A DNA stretch of 64,000 bases, taken from a virus (taxonomy: Duplodnaviria; Caudoviricetes). The translations under genes were made by a program, and so were the position numbers. Below, piece by piece: positions 19,038 to 28,362 of the stretch (positions are counted from its first letter, which is position 1; each line of letters begins with the position of its first letter). Below the pieces are notes generated by a model. That model had not been told where the DNA came from. It saw only the letters and a program-made list of their open reading frames with translations, and did not search any database. Location of the stretch: IMG/VR virus record IMGVR_UViG_3300027286_000002; one strand, 5' to 3'.

Positions 19038-22019
19038 ATGCCTACAAGTTCATTTACAGGTGGCAATGCAGGTAGTGGTACAAATAAGAATGTAAATAAT
19101 GTGATTTATGTTCAAGATAAAGGCAATACTACATTTGATGGGTATATAACAATAGATGGAAATTTGACTGTTAATGGTACAACTACAACAATAGATAGTG
19201 TTACTTTGACAATAGAAGATCCTGTGATTACATTAGCTAAAAATGCTAATCTTAATCCTACTGCTAGTACAGATGCAGGCTTGTTTTTACAAAGAGGAAG
19301 TACAGAAAATCCTGCTGTTTTTATTTGGAATGAAACTTTAAATCAATTTGAACTTGCAACAGTAGCAGGTGCAACGAGTGCAACAACAAATTTCACAAGT
19401 CTTACAAAAACATATTCTACTTTAAAAGCAGGTATTTTTAGTGGATCATCTGCTACCTTTACAGGTGTAGTTACTTCAAATGGTCTATCTTTAACAACAG
19501 ATGGTCAAGTTTCAATTAAAAAACCAACAGACACTTCTACTACACCTGCTATTTTATTAAATGCAGATAGAACAGGTAATGGACAACAAGCAGATATTAT
19601 TGCTCTTGAAGTAGAGAGAGGTGCATTAACAAATGCTAAAATTAAATGGGATGAAACAAATGATTGGTGGGATTTTAATTCCAATGTTTATTTTTCTGAA
19701 AATTTGACAATAGGCAGTGATGATACAAAAGATTTAACAATTCTTTCTGAAACCACTATCTCAAATAATCTCATTCCTGTCTATATTTATGTTAAGTATA
19801 ATGCTACATCCTTTACAGACAATGAGTATTTTTATATCTTTAGTACAGACGATAATGGTCTTACAAGAGAAGTCATTCCGATAAAAGTTAATTTTAGTTC
19901 GCCAAAACTAAAATTAAATCAAAGTGCTGGATATAATCGTTATATTGCATATTCAGCATCAACATATAATAACACCACACCACCTACTATCAATGGTATT
20001 GTCTATATTAATCCAAATAAAACTTATTATTTTCATATGGTGAGTGATGCAATAGACTTGTCTAATTTAGATTTTCAAATTTATGCAAGTAATTCTATTT
20101 TAGGATATGCTCCAACATATTGGAAAGTATTTGACGGATATGATGTAAATACTACAACTGCTATCGTAACATATACATTTGTCAGAGGTTCTACTTGGAA
20201 AGAAAGTGATGTTGTTTACAAAGCAGGGATTTTAGGTGGATTTGGATTTATAGATGTTTCTGATATAAGTAGTCCTACTTCTGTGAGTGATATTCAAGCT
20301 AAGACTTCTTTAAAAATCCAAAAAGGTAAAAATGCAATTTTATTAAATAGTGATTACACAGGCAATCCTAATGTAGATGGTTCAAATGTCATTGCTCTCG
20401 AAGTAGAGAGAGGGATAGGCACTAATAGTTATATTGAATGGAATGAAGAAAATCAAAGATGGGATATAGAACCAAGTTCTTTTTCTACATCTTTCGCAAC
20501 AGATACTTTAGATGCTACTACTACTACAATAAATATGTTAGATGCTAATAACATTACAACAGAACAAATTGAGATTGAAAACAATCATTTCCCTGTTTAT
20601 ATTTATGTTAAGTATAATTCTTTATCTTTAGGTGATAGTGAGTATTTTTATATTTTTAGTACAGATGACAATGGTATTACAAGAGATGTTGTTCGTTTAT
20701 CTAATTTAGATCATCTTTCCGAAAACACAGGTGCTGGTTATTATCGTTATATTGCAAGTGCAGGTTCAACATATAATAACACAACACCTACACCTACTGT
20801 AAATGCTATTGCTTATTTAGATCCAAATAAAACTTATTATTTTAATATGGACAGTACTGATATTGAATCTTTAGTGCCTGATTTTTATGCTTATGTAAGT
20901 ACAACAGAATTAGGATCAGGAGAATTACCTTCTTATGCACTTGTATTGAGTGGTTTTAGTTCAAGCACTACTACTTCGGCAAATATTGTTTATACTCTAA
21001 TTACCAATGCTCAATGGAATGGCAATAATATAGTTCGTAGAGTAGATAATGGTACAGTAGAAATTAGTACAATGAATGGTGCAACCACAGTAGATGATAT
21101 TGATACCATACCTCTTAGAATACACTCTAAAAAAGAAAATCAATCTACTACTGCTATCTTATTAAATAGTGATGAAACAGGATCACCTACAAAAAGTGTA
21201 CAAATTGAAGTAGAGAGGGGTACAAGTACTAACAGCTATATTAAATGGGATGAAACAAATGACAGATGGGAAATATTCAATGATCTTAAAGTTTTAGATT
21301 CATCTTCAAATACTACTTTACTAACAGATACTTCTTTTATTTATACCTATAAGCCTTTAAGTTTAAATAATAGTCTATTCTATAAAGTACAAAGAATATC
21401 CTCTACACCAACTAATATCACCTCAGATGTGTCTTTTGTAGTTATAGAAAATGGTGCTTTAGGTAGTGCTGTTTTCCAAATGAATCTTCCTAATTTAAAT
21501 GATGATACAATAGGTGGAAGAGTTATTAATATTGCAGTCAAAAATGCAAACTATGCAGAGATTTACACAGGTGGTACAGGACAAAATATTAGACATGGTG
21601 GTACTATATACTCACCATCAGATGCTTTTATTTTAAGTGGATATAGTTCTGTTCAATTAATATCTCATATTGTAGGTGGTGTTAAAGATTGGTATGTCAC
21701 AGCTATATCTAATTCAGATATGATAGATTATATCACTGCTAGTGGTGCTATTACTATTTTTAATGGCAAGACCTATCACTGCAATCCTGCAGGTACTATT
21801 GCTTTAACTTTAGGTGTTGCACCTAATGGTACACAACTTACATTTAGATCTAGATCTAATCAAACCACTACAATCACTACTGCAAATAGTGGTATTGAAG
21901 GTACACATAATACAATCACCTTCAATTCAGATGCAAAAGGTTTAAGTATATATTATTATGGTACTAGCTGGTGGGTTTCTAGTATGTATGGCAATGTCGG
22001 CATAACCACAGTCCCTTAA
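19038..22019 (+). CDS. Tail fibre protein with internal ~270-aa repeats
   Basis: DGNLTVNGTTTTIDSVTLTIEDPVITL fibre motif; three ILLN...EVERG...IxWxE.N.RW units. Confidence 0.7.
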   Translation: MPTSSFTGGNAGSGTNKNVNNVIYVQDKGNTTFDGYITIDGNLTVNGTTTTIDSVTLTIEDPVITLAKNANLNPTASTDAGLFLQRGSTENPAVFIWNETLNQFELATVAGATSATTNFTSLTKTYSTLKAGIFSGSSATFTGVVTSNGLSLTTDGQVSIKKPTDTSTTPAILLNADRTGNGQQADIIALEVERGALTNAKIKWDETNDWWDFNSNVYFSENLTIGSDDTKDLTILSETTISNNLIPVYIYVKYNATSFTDNEYFYIFSTDDNGLTREVIPIKVNFSSPKLKLNQSAGYNRYIAYSASTYNNTTPPTINGIVYINPNKTYYFHMVSDAIDLSNLDFQIYASNSILGYAPTYWKVFDGYDVNTTTAIVTYTFVRGSTWKESDVVYKAGILGGFGFIDVSDISSPTSVSDIQAKTSLKIQKGKNAILLNSDYTGNPNVDGSNVIALEVERGIGTNSYIEWNEENQRWDIEPSSFSTSFATDTLDATTTTINMLDANNITTEQIEIENNHFPVYIYVKYNSLSLGDSEYFYIFSTDDNGITRDVVRLSNLDHLSENTGAGYYRYIASAGSTYNNTTPTPTVNAIAYLDPNKTYYFNMDSTDIESLVPDFYAYVSTTELGSGELPSYALVLSGFSSSTTTSANIVYTLITNAQWNGNNIVRRVDNGTVEISTMNGATTVDDIDTIPLRIHSKKENQSTTAILLNSDETGSPTKSVQIEVERGTSTNSYIKWDETNDRWEIFNDLKVLDSSSNTTLLTDTSFIYTYKPLSLNNSLFYKVQRISSTPTNITSDVSFVVIENGALGSAVFQMNLPNLNDDTIGGRVINIAVKNANYAEIYTGGTGQNIRHGGTIYSPSDAFILSGYSSVQLISHIVGGVKDWYVTAISNSDMIDYITASGAITIFNGKTYHCNPAGTIALTLGVAPNGTQLTFRSRSNQTTTITTANSGIEGTHNTITFNSDAKGLSIYYYGTSWWVSSMYGNVGITTVP
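19550..21290 (+). repeat. Intragenic tandem duplication in the tail fibre gene (period about 790-820 nt)
   Basis: cctgt(c/t)tatatttatgttaagtataat at 19776 and 20592; gaagtagagag at about 19608, 20400 and 21207. Bounds approximate. Confidence 0.75.
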
Positions 22020-22035
22020 AAAATGAAAGTATAAA

Positions 22036-22671
22036 ATGATAATCGTAAACAGAAAAGATGATAAAATCATCCAAAGGTCTAGTGAAATCACAATCACAGA
22101 TATGAATGGCAAATACCTTTTAGATGAACCTGAAACCACTAAAGTTTCTTTAGCTAATTCTATTCCTACCATCCAATCCGATATTCAAGATAGCTTCCTT
22201 GCTCTTTATCCAGATTACACAGATATAACCTTTAAATCTTTACCTGTGCAATCCGATTTTGATGCTAGTGCTTTATATACTACTTATCCATCAAGATGTC
22301 AGTTAGGTAGTGATTATAATACCTGTGCTATTTTACCTAAAAATGAAAACACTAATGCTTATGGTGTGCTTATCACAGATACAATCACTACTACAAGTAA
22401 AGATAAATTCCTTGTCTATTGGAAGGTTGCTATTGTTAGCTATGGTCAAGAGCAATCAGTAAATGTAAATGTACCAAGCACAATGACATATGAAATTTTA
22501 GAACCTAGTGATATTCAAGTGTATATTTCTAATGATGACGGTGTATCTTATACAGAGGCGAATTATTTGACACCTGTGAGTTTTCCGAGTGCATCCACTA
22601 CTCTAAGACTAGCATTTATCAATAATTCATTAAATAAAATACACTTATTAGGATATGCAATACTTTACTAG
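22036..22671 (+). CDS. Putative virion structural protein
   Basis: 211-aa ORF in the fibre operon; VYISNDDGVSY is a beta-rich motif common in virion proteins. Confidence 0.5.
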   Translation: MIIVNRKDDKIIQRSSEITITDMNGKYLLDEPETTKVSLANSIPTIQSDIQDSFLALYPDYTDITFKSLPVQSDFDASALYTTYPSRCQLGSDYNTCAILPKNENTNAYGVLITDTITTTSKDKFLVYWKVAIVSYGQEQSVNVNVPSTMTYEILEPSDIQVYISNDDGVSYTEANYLTPVSFPSASTTLRLAFINNSLNKIHLLGYAILY

Positions 22672-22683
22672 GAGATAATTAAC

Positions 22684-25600
22684 ATGGCTGATAATTTTGG
22701 AACAGAAGTCAGTAGAGTTCTCAATAATCAAAACACTAAATTTACACATCTCATTTGGCAATCAGGTAAACCACCTTTGGATTCTGAATTAAACTTTGTT
22801 GGACAGCTTGCCAATGATTCTTTAATTGATGCAATTAAACAAACTACACCTAGTGGTTTTCTTGCTGATCCTATTAGTGCGATTGATTTTGAATGTAATC
22901 CTTTAGATAGCAATCAGTTCAGATTAAATTCTATTGATGCTATTGTTAATGGTATGCCTATTCGTATTCGTGGCTGTAATACGAATAGTGAAACCTCTAA
23001 CATCATTAAATTATCTGCACCACCTGCCACAGGCAATCGTGTAGATTTTGTTTTCTTAGAAGTTTGGCGATCTTTAGTTAGTCCAAATCCTTCTACTGAT
23101 TATAAACCTAGTGCTATTACTTTCTATAAATATGGCAACACTCAATTTGGTGGTACTAATATTACAGATGATCTTATTGATAATGACATAGGATTTGAAA
23201 CCACTAAACGAGTTCAAATTCAATATCGTTTAAGAGTAGAAACTAATATTGATATTGACACTTATCCACAAGGCTTAGGTGATCCATCTGTTTTTGGTCA
23301 AGGTAATTCTATTAATCCTGTGACAAGTGCAGTATATACTAATATGGCAAGCGAAGGTGATCCATCCTGCTGGAAAGCATCATCTGTTGATTTTGAATCA
23401 ACAGATAATTATTCCTATGCTATTCCTATTTGTGCTGTCTTTAGACGATCTACTTCTTCTTATATTGCTGTTCTTAATGGTTCATCACCTACACATAATG
23501 GTGCATCTGTAAGATCATCATCTACACCTAAAACCTTAACACAAGCTATTTTATCTGCAAGTTTGACTTCATCTGCTACTACTTTAAATTTAGGCAGTTC
23601 TATTGTAGGCAGTGGTTTAGATGAAGGTAATTCTGTAGGTGATTATCTAGTTTTAAACACAGGCATTAATAAAGAGATTGTTTTGATCTCTAGTGTGAAT
23701 GTAGGCACAGGTGCTATTGTTATTGTTCGTGGTCAATTAGGTACTCAAGCTAAATCTCATCTAGCATCTACACAAGTGAGTTTATATAATGCAAGACCTG
23801 ATGGTTTATATGCAGATCAAATTCATGAACAAGATATTTTAGATTTGATGAATAGCATTTCTTTAACAGGATTTGATTATTCACAGCTATTGCAAAATGC
23901 AGTAAATGACTTGATCACAAATAATTTAAGAACAACTTGGAAATCAAGTGCTACAGGCAGTGATAGTAAAGGTATTACTTTGGCTCAAGTGGATGTTATT
24001 GGTAATCCTAATACAACAAGACCATATACTGAAATTTTAGATGCTCCAAATGGTATTAGAACAGTATGGTCAGATAGTGCAGTGGTTGAGAAAAATGTAA
24101 ATATCATTATTGATCCAGCTACAGCTTTAAATGATGATGGTACTACTGTTGGATATTTTGATAGTGGCTTAACAGACAATTGGACGATTAGTGCAGATTT
24201 AAAACCAACAGGTTTTATGCCTAGTGTAGATATTGGTGGTGGTACATATCAACAAGCATGGTCAAGTGGTGCTGTCATTTTCTTAAACTTAGGTGGTCTT
24301 GATGGTCAAAGTGGTGCAAGAAAAGGTTTTAAGAATAATCAAAAAGCAGTTCGTTTCTTAACTGAATCAGAGGAAGATTTAAAGCTATATCTTATTAATG
24401 ATAATGGATATACCGATCCATTCACCAAAAAAACTCTTTTGCCTGTACTATCAACTTTTGCAGGTTATCCATCTAAAGTAGAAATCTTTGGTGGTCTTGT
24501 ACACTCATCTTTAAAAGTTACAGGTATTTCAACAGTCTTAGCTGATCTTCAAATTAAAAGAATTTCTAATAGTGCAGATGTCAATCTTGAATATTATTAT
24601 GAAATTGATTTAGGTGTAAATCTTGCAAGTTTACTTGATGGTACTACTAAAGTTTTAGGTAATGAATCAGTAGCTGATCTTCTTACAAACTATGGTAAAG
24701 ATAATACAGGCTTTAGTTCTGAATTATTTGCTATTGTTTATGGATCACCTAAAACACAAAACAACCAATCCTTTCAAATTATAGGCATGGGAAAAGATGG
24801 TTTAACTTCTAGTGAAACTGATGCTAGTGGTTTAAATACAAATTCTACCATTCGCTTACTTCGTTTAAATGGTGCTTTCTCTAATTGGACAGAAGATACA
24901 GATGGCAATACTTTAACAGTAGAAATCAGAACTAGAAGAACTTATGCTTTTGATGGTACTACTGCTACTGATCCTTCTTTATGTATCGTCTTGCCTTATC
25001 ATACTGTTTATGAAAATAATGCAGTATCTCAAATTTATGCTACTGAAGGCACATACTCTACATCTAAACTTTTAATTAATGCTACTTTACAATATGCACC
25101 CGGTCACAGTGGTCTTGCTCGTTCACCTGATCAAATCCATAATGTGTCTTTAAGAAATAAAAGCACAGCTTATCTTAGAAATGCTATTAGTGATCTTGAT
25201 GCTACTCAAACTATTTTTGAAACAGACCTTGTTAAATATGATGCCAATACTCATATTCAATTATGGAATGCTTTAGCATCTAAAAATGCTGATCCTAGTC
25301 CTACAGGTAATCTTAATACTTTTGGTGGCAGTGTTATTGGTGGTGCAGATATTGATCGTAATAATGAAATCTTTGCTGATCCAAATTCTAAAACTTTAAT
25401 TCTTAAACCTTTTAAGCAACATAATCTATTATTGCAATCCTTCCGTGCAAGTACATCTACTGATTTGCTTTTAAGTCAATATTATCAAGATGGTGTCACT
25501 GATAAAGATGGTGCAGGCATCTTCACAGGTGCTGGATTGCCTCAAGATTATTTTGAATTTCCACCTATGCACCTACCTAAATTTGGTAGACAGGATATTC

Positions 25601-27828
25601 CTTTCCATACAAACACAGGTTTAGGTGATCCTTTCTTAAATGGTTTACATCATCTCTTTATTGACACTAATACAAATACAGATGATGTCTATAATATCAT
25701 TGGTGGTGATAGTAATGAGGGTTCAGCTGGTGTTGAGCCTATGCTTTTCTACACTGCTATTGATTATGGTACAAGTGATGATATTACTACAGGTCATCCA
25801 TCTTTAGGTGCTAGAAAAGTTTCTCTTGAAATCCCAAGTACAGACTTTGGCAATATCTTAAATGGTATTGAACTGCCACCTTATCATGGTCTTGCTCGTG
25901 TTTATGGTGTATATGAAAAAACAGATTACCTTGCTAAAGTAGGTTCATCTGTAGCTGGTGGACATGAATCAGATCGTGTTACTCCTATTGCAAATCCACC
26001 TATTAATTTATTAAGAACAGATGCTACTAAATACACTATGTTTATTAGACAAGATGGTGCAAGTGATGTAGCAGACACAACAGGCAGTCATACTTATATC
26101 TTAACAGAACATTCTCTTGATATTCGTAAAATTCCTACTTATGTAGCAGGCGATGAATTTGCAGATTTTGATTATGTAGTAGAATGCTGTGTCTTTGGCT
26201 TTGCAAATGGATTTATTAATAAGAATAGCTTTATTCTCATTCGTAAATATGATGGTGCTGGTGTTGAGAATGTAAATCTCACTACCTTACCAACAGAATT
26301 ACAAAATGTGGATGTTGTTATCCCTTCACCTTTTGGATCAGCAGATGAACTTTATGTAGAGTATTCAAGAACAGCATATCAAGGTGATATTTACCATACA
26401 AGAGGAGGATCAGTTGCAAATTATAATGATGAAGTTATTAGACAAGGACAACTTAATCCAAATGATCACTATTATGGTGGACTTACAAGAAAACAATTTA
26501 ATACAGATGGTTCATCAGCTATTACAATCACTAATCCAAGAGGATTTGCAGTGCTTGCATCTATGGATTTTTATTTGACATTAGGTACAGGTAATATCGG
26601 TGGTACTCTTTATGAGAACACAGTAACAGATATTGGATATGAATCTACACATACACCACCAACTGCCTTAAATCAAGAATTGATCCATATCAAAGCAAAA
26701 GCCTTTAATGGAAAAGAAATTGGATTAACAAATGCTACTGCTACTTTAGTTTATGTAAAAAATAAAATTGTAGATGGTGTCTTACAAGTAAACCATTGCT
26801 ATATTACAATCACATTGCCTAATGGTACAATTAAATCAGATGACTTTGCGATCACTAATGTTTTCACAGATGAGAGTTTAGCATCTACCATTATTGACAC
26901 AGTAGGCATTTTATCTGACTACATTATTAGTGGATCATATACAATAGATCTTTATGTAAATAGAATTGTGTTTACATATATGGAAAAAGGTGTGATTGGG
27001 AATCAAGCTCAAATCTCTATTTATTTTACCTTCCCTGTAAATCAAAATAAGTTCACATATAAATTAGGTGTAGATACTTTATATGCCACAACAAAAGTGT
27101 ATATGACAGGTGGCACAGGTATTCAAAATAATGCAGGCAATGGATCACTTGACTCATCTTTAATAGGCTTAACATCTCGATTGCCATTAGGTTTACTTGT
27201 AAATGATTATGATTTCTTATGTGAAGATATTCTTAATGATGGATCAAGCTATTTACAATCTACTTTAGGTAGTGTTAAGACTGCTAATATCTCTTTACCT
27301 ATTGGTAGCAATGGTCTTGCTTATTCTAAAGTGAATGGTGTTGCTGGTGATGCTCTTATTATGAGTGAAGCAGTAAATGATACATATATTGCTTTTACTG
27401 ATCTTAGTCCATCAGGTACTAAAACCTATAGAACACATCGTGGTGCTGTTTTATTTGGAGCATCAGGTAAAGTTAAAGGTGGTGCTGTTTCTTATGTTGT
27501 CACTAGCTTTCCTACAAGTGTACAACCTGTCCTTAAAGGTGGTGTTTTAGCTTGTAAAGCTATGCTCGTTCAAAACTTTGATGAAACTGCATTTACTACA
27601 GATGATGAAGTATCTTATGGTAGTGAATTACAATTAGTTATCATTACACAGGCAATTTACAGATCAGATGTGAATCAGGCAATTACTTTACAAGGTAGTA
27701 TTTCACCAAGTGGATATGGTGAAGGATATGCAAGTGCAGATAGATTTAATATTAAAGGTAGACCTGTGATTAAGAATAAAATTCAGAAACCTGATTTAAC
27801 AATTAGTCCTGCACCATTTACAAGGTAA
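22684..27828 (+). CDS. Very large baseplate/tail fibre-associated structural protein (1714 aa)
   Basis: LIWQSGKPPLDSELN, FVFLEVW, KRVQIQYRLRV and RPDGLYAD; paralog of 16137..19031; GGAG SD. Confidence 0.6.
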   Translation: MADNFGTEVSRVLNNQNTKFTHLIWQSGKPPLDSELNFVGQLANDSLIDAIKQTTPSGFLADPISAIDFECNPLDSNQFRLNSIDAIVNGMPIRIRGCNTNSETSNIIKLSAPPATGNRVDFVFLEVWRSLVSPNPSTDYKPSAITFYKYGNTQFGGTNITDDLIDNDIGFETTKRVQIQYRLRVETNIDIDTYPQGLGDPSVFGQGNSINPVTSAVYTNMASEGDPSCWKASSVDFESTDNYSYAIPICAVFRRSTSSYIAVLNGSSPTHNGASVRSSSTPKTLTQAILSASLTSSATTLNLGSSIVGSGLDEGNSVGDYLVLNTGINKEIVLISSVNVGTGAIVIVRGQLGTQAKSHLASTQVSLYNARPDGLYADQIHEQDILDLMNSISLTGFDYSQLLQNAVNDLITNNLRTTWKSSATGSDSKGITLAQVDVIGNPNTTRPYTEILDAPNGIRTVWSDSAVVEKNVNIIIDPATALNDDGTTVGYFDSGLTDNWTISADLKPTGFMPSVDIGGGTYQQAWSSGAVIFLNLGGLDGQSGARKGFKNNQKAVRFLTESEEDLKLYLINDNGYTDPFTKKTLLPVLSTFAGYPSKVEIFGGLVHSSLKVTGISTVLADLQIKRISNSADVNLEYYYEIDLGVNLASLLDGTTKVLGNESVADLLTNYGKDNTGFSSELFAIVYGSPKTQNNQSFQIIGMGKDGLTSSETDASGLNTNSTIRLLRLNGAFSNWTEDTDGNTLTVEIRTRRTYAFDGTTATDPSLCIVLPYHTVYENNAVSQIYATEGTYSTSKLLINATLQYAPGHSGLARSPDQIHNVSLRNKSTAYLRNAISDLDATQTIFETDLVKYDANTHIQLWNALASKNADPSPTGNLNTFGGSVIGGADIDRNNEIFADPNSKTLILKPFKQHNLLLQSFRASTSTDLLLSQYYQDGVTDKDGAGIFTGAGLPQDYFEFPPMHLPKFGRQDIPFHTNTGLGDPFLNGLHHLFIDTNTNTDDVYNIIGGDSNEGSAGVEPMLFYTAIDYGTSDDITTGHPSLGARKVSLEIPSTDFGNILNGIELPPYHGLARVYGVYEKTDYLAKVGSSVAGGHESDRVTPIANPPINLLRTDATKYTMFIRQDGASDVADTTGSHTYILTEHSLDIRKIPTYVAGDEFADFDYVVECCVFGFANGFINKNSFILIRKYDGAGVENVNLTTLPTELQNVDVVIPSPFGSADELYVEYSRTAYQGDIYHTRGGSVANYNDEVIRQGQLNPNDHYYGGLTRKQFNTDGSSAITITNPRGFAVLASMDFYLTLGTGNIGGTLYENTVTDIGYESTHTPPTALNQELIHIKAKAFNGKEIGLTNATATLVYVKNKIVDGVLQVNHCYITITLPNGTIKSDDFAITNVFTDESLASTIIDTVGILSDYIISGSYTIDLYVNRIVFTYMEKGVIGNQAQISIYFTFPVNQNKFTYKLGVDTLYATTKVYMTGGTGIQNNAGNGSLDSSLIGLTSRLPLGLLVNDYDFLCEDILNDGSSYLQSTLGSVKTANISLPIGSNGLAYSKVNGVAGDALIMSEAVNDTYIAFTDLSPSGTKTYRTHRGAVLFGASGKVKGGAVSYVVTSFPTSVQPVLKGGVLACKAMLVQNFDETAFTTDDEVSYGSELQLVIITQAIYRSDVNQAITLQGSISPSGYGEGYASADRFNIKGRPVIKNKIQKPDLTISPAPFTR

Positions 27829-27840
27829 CAAAGTAAATGA

Positions 27841-28269
27841 TCATTGTGGTTTGTCATTATATTGACCAACAGTAATATCATCTCTTTCAAATTGTTTTTG
27901 TAAATCTGAAATAAATTTCATTGCATCAATATCACCTAATTCAATTAAAGGAATCAATCTCTTTGTGGAATCAGGAATTGCATCATCAAAAAGAACTGCA
28001 TCTTCAAGTGATGCACCTGCAATGAAAACTGCAAAGATTGCATTGTATGGAATATGACATTCAAAAGGTACACCACCAAAGGATAAAGTTGCCACGACTT
28101 TATCATCTCTAAACTGCATAGGATATGAAAAGTGATTTGAAAGATTTAATCGTACATTATCTTTACTCATTAAATCTTTTGGTAATTTAACACCTTCATA
28201 GGTAGGATTAATTGCAACAGTGGTTTTTGCTATTGCTAAGTGATCTAAAAGGATTTGCTTTCTATCCAT
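27841..28269 (-). CDS. sspB: SspB-like (stringent starvation protein B / ClpXP adaptor) protein
   Basis: VRLNLS...VATLSFGGVPFECHIPYNAIFAVF matches the SspB core (A-x-FGG-x-P...IP..AI.A). Confidence 0.7.
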   Translation of the reverse strand: MDRKQILLDHLAIAKTTVAINPTYEGVKLPKDLMSKDNVRLNLSNHFSYPMQFRDDKVVATLSFGGVPFECHIPYNAIFAVFIAGASLEDAVLFDDAIPDSTKRLIPLIELGDIDAMKFISDLQKQFERDDITVGQYNDKPQ

Positions 28270-28325
28270 TTGTATTTTCCTTCGTTATTGAAGTTTGAGT
28301 TCTCAAAGAACTTATTGTCTACATA

Positions 28326-28362
28326 TACCTAAACACTAAAGATAAATTTTTATTGCAAGTTC
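28326..28362 (-). promoter_or_regulatory. Conserved promoter-like motif copy upstream of the sspB-like gene
   Basis: GAACTTGCAATA-N12-TAGTGTT-TAGGTA on the minus strand, overlapping the ligase stop codon. Confidence 0.75.

Noticed and set aside
19550-21290. Diversity-generating retroelement template/variable repeat pair in the tail fibre
   Set aside because: The repeats are in frame within one gene and differ at many non-adenine positions, and no reverse transcriptase is in the window.
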